DNA of 64,000 nt from an uncultured delta proteobacterium (lineage in GTDB: Bacteria; Desulfobacterota; Binatia; UBA9968): positions 160,001-224,000 of the forward strand of contig CAWJZV010000024.1 of the NCBI GenBank assembly GCA_963847445.1. Reading direction: 5' to 3'. The notes beneath the pieces are model-generated. The model was not told where the DNA came from and ran no database searches. It saw only the letters and a program-made list of their open reading frames with translations. Both the position numbers and the translations under genes were made by a program. Numbering within the stretch: position 1 is the stretch's first letter; each line of letters starts with the position of its first letter. This document shows, one piece after another, positions 55,635 to 64,000 of the stretch.

Positions 55635-56046
55635 ATGAAAACAAAACTACCGATTGTCGTTCGAGTCGCCGCTACTGGCGTTGTTCCTGACCGCCGCCTG
55701 CGGCCATGATTTGAACACCGCGCAGGGCGTCGCCCAAGAGTTTGTCGATCATCACTATGTCAAGATCGACTTGCAGAAGGCCAAGCAGTACACGGTGAGC
55801 GTCGCCCAGGCCAAGATCGACGAAGAGATCCGCTTGACCAGCGGGCAGACGATCGACGCCTCGACGCAAAAACCGCGGGTAAATTACACGCTGTTGGATA
55901 AGCACGAAGGCGAGCAGCGGTCGACCTATCTATTCGAAGGCAAGATTCAATCCGACGACGGCACGTCGTTTACCCGCAAGTGGTCCATCGCCACGCGCAA
56001 GGAAGGCAATGGCTGGCGGGTTTCAAACTTCACGGAATCGGACTAA
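55635..56046 (+). CDS. Putative lipoprotein (frameshift in the signal region)
   Basis: Lipobox LTAAC; alpha/beta body ending WRVSNF. Confidence 0.6.
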
Positions 56047-56089
56047 CCGGAGAATTCAGCCGCACCTCTTGACGGTGCTTAGGACGATC

Positions 56090-56250
56090 GGGCCGCAAAA
56101 AACGCAAAAATTCAAAGAAGCAATCCGAACGTAGGGGCGTATGGCATACGCCCGGCGTGGTGGAGTGGCAATCGCGTGGCCACAAAATTGGCGCAGGCGG
56201 CCGAAATGACAGCAAATCCGAACTTGGCGTCTTCGCGCCTTGGCGGGAGA
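56090..56250. repeat. Composite repeat: cgcaaa repeats, GTAG REP (56131-56153) and cttggcg repeats
   Basis: gtaggggcgtatggcatacgccc; homologous to 5187-5290. Confidence 0.78.
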
Positions 56251-56292
56251 AACTTTTTTTCTCCCACACGAAACCACGGGCTACCGCCGCAT

Positions 56293-57617
56293 CTACGCTC
56301 CGGCCGGCTGCGCGCCCACCGGTGGCGGCGCAGCTTACAGTGGGCTTGGATTTGATCTGCAGTGCCAATCCGGCGGCGATCATTGCGATAAACCCGCCCG
56401 CCATGAATGCCACGTTATACTCGCCGAGATAGTCGCGCACCGCGCCGGCCGCCGACGCCATGATCGCGGCGCCGATCTGATGGGACATAAAAATCCAGCC
56501 GTATACTTTGCCGACATTTTGCCGGCCGAAGGTATCGGCGGTGATCGCCATCGACGGCGGCACGGTGGCGAACCAGTCCAGTCCGTAAATAATCGCGAAG
56601 ATGACCAAGCCGGTAAAGCTCGTGACGAAGGGCAAAATCAATAGCGACAGGCCGCGCAAGCGCGTAAACCAGCGCCAACCATTTATGCGGCGATACCTTA
56701 TCGACCATCCAGCCGGAAAAGGTCGTGCCGACGATGTTGAGCGTGCCCATGATGCCGACCAAAGACGCGGCGGCGATCTGCGGGATGCCGATCTCGATTT
56801 CATGAGGGATCAAATGCGTGCCGATCAATCCATTGGCCGTGCCGCCGCAAACAAAGAAAGTGCCGCACAGCAGCCAAAAGGTCGGGTGGGTGACGACTTC
56901 GCGCGCCGTGATCGTGGCATTCTTCGAGGACATGCCGCGCAGCGAGGCCGCGCCACCGCCGACATTGGTCTGTCCGGCGCCGTAGGGCTCCAAGCCGACA
57001 TCGGCCGGATCGTCGCGCATGAAGAGATACAGCAGCGGCAACAAAAGGATCGCGAGAATGATCAAAACCGTCGAACCGATGCGCCATCCGGAGTTGGCGA
57101 TCATCCACATGAAGAACGGCAGAAATATCAGTTGACCCGTCGAACTGGCGCTGCCGAGAATTCCCAGCGCCAGTCCGCGCCGCGCGACAAACCAGCGATT
57201 TCCCACGGTGGCGGTCAACACCGAGCCGACGCCGCCCGCGCCCAGACCTACGATGACGCCCCAAACCAAGAAAAAATGCCAGAACTCGGTCATGCCAACC
57301 GTGCCGCTGACCCCGGTGATCAACAGAATCAGGCTGCCAAGCATGACCTTGCGCGGCCCGAAGCGGTCGATCAGCCAGCCACTGATCGGCGCGGCCACGC
57401 CGAAGAGCAGCAGATTCATGCTGATCCCCGAAGCGATCAGCGCCCGGCTCCAGCCGAACTCCAGCTGCAATGGAAGAATCAAGACTTGCGGCGACGAGCG
57501 CACGCCAGCGCTCGTTAGCGTGGTCAAAAAACACAACGAGACAATGAACCAACCATAGTAAAAAGGCAGAGAGATCGGCGGACGCTTCTTGGGAGTGCCA
57601 GGGCTGTCGTGTTCCAT
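56293..57617 (-). CDS. MFS transporter (frameshifts near the C-terminus)
   Basis: FYYGWFIV, GWLIDRFGPRKV, NRWFVARRGLALG, ATVPP. Confidence 0.9.
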
Positions 57618-57776
57618 CCCTTCATATAGACTGAATTCGGCGCCAATCACAAACAGGATTGTCCCAGCTAGGCGAGAAGCCAAAGCGAGTGAATTGACAG
57701 CCCGGAGCGCGATCAGATAGTTATTGCCAATGCGCCCGGTTATTCAATCGCGCTATGAAAGGAACCAAGTAGCTGA

Positions 57777-58361
57777 ATGAGATTCCCCCGACAAAACCTT
57801 GCCGCCATTCTTGCCGCGCTCGCTCTGTCGCTGATAGCGATTACCGACACGACCGCCGACTTTCCCGAAGAAATCCCCTTCGTGCCGACGCCGACGGACG
57901 TCGTCGACAAAATGCTCGAGCTGGCAGAAGTCAAAAAAGGCGACGTGGTCTACGATCTCGGCAGCGGCGACGGCCGCATCGTCATCCGCGCCGCGCAAAA
58001 ATATGGCGTCCGCGCGGTGGGCATCGAAATGGACCGGCTGCTGCTCGACAAAGCTCGTAAAGACGCCAAAGCCGCCGGCGTCAGCCACCTGGTCGAATTC
58101 CGCGCCGAAGACGCCATGAAAGTCGATCTCACCAAAGCCACCGTGGTCACGCTTTACATGCTGCCCTGGTTCAACGAAGCGATGAAACCGAGCTTCAAAA
58201 AATATTTGCAACCCGGCGCCCGCATCGTCGCCCACGATTTTGCCATTGAAGGCTGGGAACCGGACAAGACCGTTAAGCTGCCGGACCCGGAGAAAAAGGT
58301 CGGCGGGTTGATCCATTATCACACGTTGTTTTTGTGGCGTATTGGCAAGGGTGGGAAGTAA
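57777..58361 (+). CDS. Class I SAM-dependent methyltransferase with signal peptide (paralog of 22671-23541)
   Basis: PFVPTP, YDLGSGDGRIVI, ATVVTLY, LQPGARIVAHDF. Confidence 0.88.
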   Translation: MRFPRQNLAAILAALALSLIAITDTTADFPEEIPFVPTPTDVVDKMLELAEVKKGDVVYDLGSGDGRIVIRAAQKYGVRAVGIEMDRLLLDKARKDAKAAGVSHLVEFRAEDAMKVDLTKATVVTLYMLPWFNEAMKPSFKKYLQPGARIVAHDFAIEGWEPDKTVKLPDPEKKVGGLIHYHTLFLWRIGKGGK

Positions 58362-58664
58362 CCGCGCAGCTGCCCTGGTTACCGACTTAGGGCTGGCCGC
58401 CATTGGCCTCACGACGCCGGCATTGCGTCTCGCCTCGGACGCCAAGTAAACCGCGGCATACCGGATCACTCAGCACACGACCTTGACCGGCTCGTCGCGC
58501 AATATGGCATGGGCGGCGCGCCTTCTTGGCGCGCTTTTGAAAATCGACCAGGGCCGCTCGGAACGTAAGTTAGGTTGAAAGCTGATTTCGCGGACCGCTC
58601 CGACGACCGTCGACTTCGGCGCTTTAAGGTTCTTATCTAGAAGCCTCCCGACGCCAGGAATTCA

Positions 58665-59111
58665 TTATTCCGCGATCTTGACGAATTCACCCCGCAGGGC
58701 GACGCCGGCGATTATGTTACCGGCATGGCACTCGAACTCCGTCGGGCTCGACATGACATTTTTCTGATAGTAGCTGACGATATTGACGACGGCATTGGCG
58801 CCCAATTGTTTGGCGCGCTTGTCGAGTTGAATCATCGCCGACAGAAACACCCAGTTGCACGCCCTTTCGTCGGATTTACCAAAGTTATTGGTCTTTTGAT
58901 TGGTCACATCGGTGCCAAGCTTGGTGAGAATTTTTGGCGTCTGCTGGTCGCCGAAATAAAACTTCACCGAGCCGTCAAGCTTCTCTTTGGCATCTTTGGC
59001 TTCCAAGGCGGGTGCGATCGGAAACATCAGTTTGTCATCGCGCGCGTGCGCCGGCCAAGCAGCGCTCAAGGTTACAACGGCGACAATCGTTAATTGAGAA
59101 ATTTTTTTCAT
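58665..59111 (-). CDS. Exported protein typical of aryl-polyene clusters (often mis-annotated as excinuclease ATPase subunit)
   Basis: Signal peptide AHARDD, KTNNFGKSDERACNW, GANAVVNIVSYY..FECHAG. Confidence 0.8.
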   Translation of the reverse strand: MKKISQLTIVAVVTLSAAWPAHARDDKLMFPIAPALEAKDAKEKLDGSVKFYFGDQQTPKILTKLGTDVTNQKTNNFGKSDERACNWVFLSAMIQLDKRAKQLGANAVVNIVSYYQKNVMSSPTEFECHAGNIIAGVALRGEFVKIAE

Positions 59112-59171
59112 CGATCTACTCCTTCCTGAGTGAATTATGGAAACTATAGATCTACTCAACGGCAATATCCT

Positions 59172-59500
59172 TTATCCGAGATCTTCACCAAGTCGCCCTT
59201 TGCAACTGACAGTGAGTCCAACATCTTCGAATCGACTGTGCTCGCCATTTCCTCTTCCGATAATGCTGACGATGTTCACCACGGTATTGGCGCCGGCTCA
59301 TGCGCGAATTCGAAATGCCGGAACGCGGTCAGGCCCGCGGCACCGGTTTCGGCGCGGCAGTAGCTGCCGAGGTTCTTCAAGATCGCCGGTGATTTTCGTC
59401 GCAACGAAAAACTTGACCCGCCTGGGCCGTCGCTGACATCTGTGGCGCCATGGCGTCGGCGATTGGCACTAGCACTCGACATTACGTCCATAGCCCGCTC
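59172..59500 (-). pseudogene. Degraded tandem paralog of the 58665-59111 gene
   Basis: Frame-broken pieces VLVPIADAM, VKFF, SPAILKNLGS, GANTVVNIVS and KGDLVKIS match the neighbour in order. Confidence 0.65.
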
Positions 59501-59567
59501 CGCCATGGAAACAGCGAAACTAACGCATCATGAGCAGACCAACGATTTCAGACACCTAAAAATTTCC

Positions 59568-60797
59568 CTAAGCCATTCTCCGAAAGATCAACGAGGTGTT
59601 GATGCCGCCGAAGGCGAAGTTGTTGGACATGACATACTCGCACTCGAGCGCGCGGCCTTCGTTGACGATGTAATCCAGCTCGGCGCAGGCGGGATCCACG
59701 CTGGCCAGATTGATCGTCGGCGCGAACCAACCGCTGCGCATCATTTCGATCGTCATCCACGCTTCCAGCGCGCCGCAAGCACCGAGCGTATGTCCCATGT
59801 AACTCTTGAGCGAGCTCACCGGCACCTGGTTGCCGAACACGTTGCGCGTCGCCAGCGATTCGGCGACATCGCCATGTTGCGTGCCCGTGCCGTGGGCATT
59901 GATGTAACCGATCGCCGAGGGCGGCAAATTGGCGTCGGCCAGCGCCAGCTCCATCGCCACCTGCATGGTTTTGGCGCTGGGCTGCGTGACATGACAGCCG
60001 TCGCTGTTGGTGCCGAAACCGACGATCTCGGCATAGATCGGCGCGCCGCGCGCTTGCGCATGGTCGAACTCTTCGAGAATCAGCGTGCCGGCGCCCTCGC
60101 CAAGGACCAAACCATCGCGATCGATGTCGAAGGGGCGCGGCGTGGTATCGGCGGCATCGTTGCGCACGCTGGTAGCGAACAGGGTATCGAAGACCGCCAC
60201 CTCGGTGACGCATAACTCTTCGGCGCCGCCGGCGATCATCGCCCGCTGCCGGCCGGCGCGGATCGTTTCATAGGCATAGCCAATGCCCTGGCTGCCGGAG
60301 GTGCAGGCGCTCGAAGTCGTAATGATCCGCCCGGTGACGCCGAGAAATACCCCGAGATTGACCGGCGCGGTATGGCCCATCATTTTGATGTAAGTGGTGG
60401 CATTGATGCCCTTGGTGCTTTTCTCGCTGATCATCAAGCCGAAATCGCAAATCGCTTTCGGCGTGCCGGCGGAAGAACCATAAGCGATGCCAAGCTGGCC
60501 GCTCGTCACCAACGGATCGCCGGCGAGCCCGGCGTCAACGAGCGCCAGCTCGCTGGCGCGGGTCGCCAGCAAAGCGACCCGCCCCATGCTGCGCATCGAC
60601 TTGGTGGTGTAGCGCTCCGACAGGGCAAACTCCGCCGCCGGCGCGCCCAACAGGGTATGCAGCCCGTCGTAATCGCTCCATTCGTCCATGCGCTTGACCG
60701 CGTTGCGATACTCGCCCAAGCGCGCGCGCACACTCGGCCAATCGTTGCCGAGCGGACTGATGCCGGCCATGCCGGTAACGGCGACGCGGCGCTTCAT
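59568..60797 (-). CDS. Beta-ketoacyl-ACP synthase (FabF-like, aryl-polyene cluster)
   Basis: TSSACTSGSQ, INAHGTGT, KSYMGHTLGACG, SNNFAFGG. Confidence 0.92.
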   Translation of the reverse strand: MKRRVAVTGMAGISPLGNDWPSVRARLGEYRNAVKRMDEWSDYDGLHTLLGAPAAEFALSERYTTKSMRSMGRVALLATRASELALVDAGLAGDPLVTSGQLGIAYGSSAGTPKAICDFGLMISEKSTKGINATTYIKMMGHTAPVNLGVFLGVTGRIITTSSACTSGSQGIGYAYETIRAGRQRAMIAGGAEELCVTEVAVFDTLFATSVRNDAADTTPRPFDIDRDGLVLGEGAGTLILEEFDHAQARGAPIYAEIVGFGTNSDGCHVTQPSAKTMQVAMELALADANLPPSAIGYINAHGTGTQHGDVAESLATRNVFGNQVPVSSLKSYMGHTLGACGALEAWMTIEMMRSGWFAPTINLASVDPACAELDYIVNEGRALECEYVMSNNFAFGGINTSLIFRRMA

Positions 60798-61524
60798 GCC
60801 AGACCTCCGTTGACCGAAATCACTTGGCGGGTGATATATGCCGGCGTCGGCGCTCAAGAGAAAGCTCACCAGCGCGGCGACTTCTTCCGGCCGGCCGAGC
60901 CGCCGCGCCGGAATCAGCTTGAGCGCTTCGTCGAGCGGCACGCTCGGCGCGTCATGTCGGTTTCGATCAAGCCGGGAGCGACGCAATTGACGGTGATGTC
61001 GCGCTTGGCCAGCTCCAAGGCCAACGCCTTGGTGGCGCCGATGATGCCCGCCTTGGCCGCGCTGTAATTGACTTGGCCGCGGTTGCCGATCACACCGGCA
61101 ACCGACGATAAGGTGACGATGCGGCCCGGCGCACGCCGCCGCACCAGCGGCATGATCAGCGGATTAAGGACATTGTAAAATCCGTCGAGATTGGTTTTCA
61201 GCACGATGTCCCAATCCTCCCCGCTGATCGCCGGAAAAACATTGTCGCGAACCACGCCGGCGTTACAAACCACGCCGTAGTAACAACCATGCTGGGCGAT
61301 GTCGGCTGCGAGCGCGGCGGCGACCGCGGCGCGGGCGGCGATATCGAACTGCAAGACGCGCGCTTGCCGTCCCATGGCGGTGATCAATTCGAGCGACATC
61401 GTCGGCCTCGGCGCGCCGGCTCTGACAGTGCACGATGATATCGAAACCATCGCCCGCCAAGCGCAGGGCGATGGCTTTGCCGATGCCCCGGCTCGAGCCG
61501 GTCACTAACACGCTCAGCACTCAT
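60794..61524 (-). CDS. 3-oxoacyl-ACP reductase (FabG-like; frameshifts)
   Basis: VTGSSRGIG, CNAGV, GQVNYSAAKAG, VAPGLIET. Confidence 0.9.
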
Positions 61525-61974
61525 GTCAACGATCCGTTGCATGGGTTTGTCGCCGTCGGCGGACTGGAACACGGTAACGTTAGCGCTGGCCACCATGCCA
61601 GTCTCGTCTTCGATGCGGCAATCGAAGGCGCCAAGCCCTCTTGGCTCTGCAAGACGCGTTTGACGTAAATTTCTAACCGGCTGCCCAAGGCGAAGCTTGG
61701 CTGCTTGCACTCGTAGTGCCGGGTGCCAAGCAAATAACCGATGCGCACCGGCTCACCGCGCAGGCGGGATCGATAGCCGGCGAAGGCGCCGATCGCCTGC
61801 GCCATATATTCTAATCCGACCCAGCCACCAATGGCACCGTCGACGAAAAACAAACTGTTCGCGCGCACCCGCACTTCGGCGCACAGACTCTCGTCATCGG
61901 CGGCGATCGACCCGGTCAAGCAAAACCATCGGTCCCGAGTGCGGCATTAAATCGCGAATGTCCGGTAGAGTCAT
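61521..61974 (-). CDS. Hotdog-fold dehydratase (ApeP-like; frameshifts)
   Basis: DLMPHSG, GLEYMAQAIGA, IGYLLGTR. Confidence 0.85.
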
Positions 61975-61975
61975 G

Positions 61976-63171
61976 TCAATCTCTTGCCAGTACCAGCGTC
62001 ACGTTGGCGCCGCCAAAAGCGAACGAGTTGCTCACCGCCCAGCGCGGCGGATGTCCTAGTCTGGTCGTCGGCGTGGCCAATTGCAACACCGGTAATTTGG
62101 GATCGTCGATGCCATCCCATAAATGTGCCGGCAGCTTGCCGGTCGGATTGTCGTCCTGCATCGCCAGCCAGCACAGTCCCGCTTCGATCGCCCCCGCCGC
62201 CCCCAGGGCATGGCCGGTAAAGGGTTTGGTCGAGCTGACGAAAACATGATGACCGCCGAACACCCGATGGATTAACTCAGCTTCCATGGCATCGTTCTGC
62301 ACCGTGGCGGTGCCATGTAAATTGACATATTCGATCTCCGCCGACGTTACCGCGGCGCGCGCCAAAGCCTGTTCTAGCGCCAAGCGCCCGCCGACGCCAG
62401 CGGGATCTGGCGCCGACATATGGTAGCCGTCGGACGACTCGCCCCAACCGCGCAGGCTCACCGTTGCCGGTTCGCGGCTGACGAGAAATAACGCCGCGCC
62501 CTCGCCGATGTTGATGCCGTCGCGATTGCGGCTGAGCGGATTACAGCGCGTCAGTGCTGAGCGATTCAAGGGCGGCGAAGCCGGCCACCGTGAAGCGGCA
62601 CAAAGTGTCAACGCCGCCGGCCAGCACGGCGTCGCAAAGCGTTCATGCGGATCAGCCGCGCCGCGCTGGCCAGCGCCTTGGCGCTCGACGCGCAGGCGCT
62701 GGAGTGGACATAGGCCGGTCCGCAAATACCCAGCTCCCTCGCCAAGACCGTAGCCGGTGAAGCCAACTCTTGCTGGCCATAGTGAAATCCTTCCGGCAAC
62801 GCCCCCGTCGAGACATAATCACGCAGCGCGGCTTCCGCTTCGGCGACGCCGGAGGTGCTGGTGCCGATGACGACACCGACGCGTGCGTCGCCATAGCGTT
62901 CGATCGCACTTTCCACGGCCGGACGGATTTGCTCCAAAGCGGCGAGAGCGATCTGATTATTGCGGCTACGGTCAGGCAAGGGCCATTCATCCATCGGCGG
63001 CAATGGCAAATTGCCATCGATCCGGCCAAGCGGCAATGGCCGTCCCGGTGAATAGCCATCGGACAACGCCACGCCACTCCGCGCCAGTTCCAACAGCGCG
63101 CGCTTGGTTGCGTCGAGGCTATTGCCGAGCGGGCTAATCATGCCCAGCTGGTTGAGATAAATCATGCTCAT
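61976..63171 (-). CDS. Beta-ketoacyl-ACP synthase (ApeO-like; frameshifts)
   Basis: SRNNQ, GTSTSG, SSACASSAKAL, NLHGTAT..ND, TGHALGAAG, SNSFAFGG. Confidence 0.9.
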
Positions 63172-63728
63172 GGAGTACTCGAAATCGACTGTATCGTCAG
63201 GCGATACCGATAGCGCAGATTGGTCAATTCAATCTTGCCGCTCCAACGCGGCTCGCCGCTGTAATCGATCACCAGCACCGGTTGATCGAGCAGTCGTAGA
63301 GTCCGCCGACGGCCATCCTCGGCGATGCTCCAGCCGGCCGGCAAGGCTTTCTCAATAACCTCGATGGGCCACAACGTCAGTTGCAAATCTTCTAAGACAT
63401 CCTCGCCGCGCAACTGCTCCGGCACGAGCGGATGGCGCCAGGATTGGAGCGAGCGGCCATCGTAGTGCAGCGCGAGAATCCGTTGGCCGAGCGCGAGACC
63501 GACCATGTCGAGCCGCTCCGGGTCAATTTCGAGGGCGGCATCGAGCTCGTCGACACGGCCTTGTCTTTCGATGCTGAGATGCTGCTGCAAACTGAGCGTT
63601 ACTCCCAACGTCGCCGGTGCGAGTCTAAGTCCCAAACGCGCCGGTTGTGCTGGCGCATCGGCGCAGCCGAGCGAATGAAGCGCGATCGCCGCGAGCAGCA
63701 CCCAGACCCAGCTCAGCCCTGGTAGCAT
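63168..63728 (-). CDS. DUF3261-like lipoprotein (aryl-polyene cluster)
   Basis: Lipobox SLGC, DLQLTLWP, cluster context. Confidence 0.75.
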   Translation of the reverse strand: MLPGLSWVWVLLAAIALHSLGCADAPAQPARLGLRLAPATLGVTLSLQQHLSIERQGRVDELDAALEIDPERLDMVGLALGQRILALHYDGRSLQSWRHPLVPEQLRGEDVLEDLQLTLWPIEVIEKALPAGWSIAEDGRRRTLRLLDQPVLVIDYSGEPRWSGKIELTNLRYRYRLTIQSISSTP

Positions 63729-64000
63729 AGTTCCTCCAGCGCCGCCAAGCGCCGCCGGGTTTGGCTAACATAGGGATTACTGCGGTCCCAAGCGTAACCC
63801 GCCAGGATCGCCGCGATCATGCGGCGGATATCGGCGCGCTGCACCGGATCGAAAATAATTCGCTGCAAGCCGCCGCGATACCAGGACTCGACGAAGGCGC
63901 GGAAGGTGTCGACGCCTTGCTGAAGGGGTAGGGCAAATTCCTGCTCCCAGTCGACCGTAGCGCCGGCGAGCTGGCGCGGTACCAACGCCGCCGCCAGGCT
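63713..64000 (-). CDS. FAD-dependent oxidoreductase/halogenase-like protein, C-terminal part (continues beyond the window)
   Basis: VDWEQEFALPL..GVDTFRAFVESWY..ILAGYAWD..NPYV, typical of the FAD enzyme in aryl-polyene clusters. Confidence 0.7.
   Translation of the reverse strand, partial: SLAAALVPRQLAGATVDWEQEFALPLQQGVDTFRAFVESWYRGGLQRIIFDPVQRADIRRMIAAILAGYAWDRSNPYVSQTRRRLAALEELCYQG

Overview
GC-rich bacterial chromosomal window. The gene content (many substrate-binding proteins, amidohydrolases, LLM, MetE-like and MmgE/PrpD enzymes, alpha2-type GlyRS) suggests a Binatia/deltaproteobacteria-like soil lineage; this is an inference. It holds catabolic and transport genes (1-25 kb), a lower-GC HTH-IrrE/ImmA + PIN (DUF4411-like) pair, a metal-uptake operon, an ECF sigma/anti-sigma-DUF3106-DUF1800-DUF1501 operon, an ABC exporter pair, the glyQS-dap-lys-arg-hslUV-xerC housekeeping run and the distal end of an aryl-polyene-type cluster. 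Many genes, including essential ones, are split by single-base indels that look like long-read errors, so frameshifted coordinates are approximate. Main observations: (1) Two genes, a signal-peptide rhodanese and an AhpD/CMD-like protein, have an in-frame UGA exactly at the catalytic Cys position, each followed by a SECIS-like hairpin sharing a CA-GGC-UG apex. (2) A probably leaderless HxH/CxC uORF ends in an RGPP arrest-type motif whose codons form an 11-bp anti-Shine-Dalgarno for the downstream metal porin/ABC operon. (3) A nested system of non-coding palindromic elements includes a ~215-bp cassette inserted repeatedly at the same position of a host palindrome, without target duplication.
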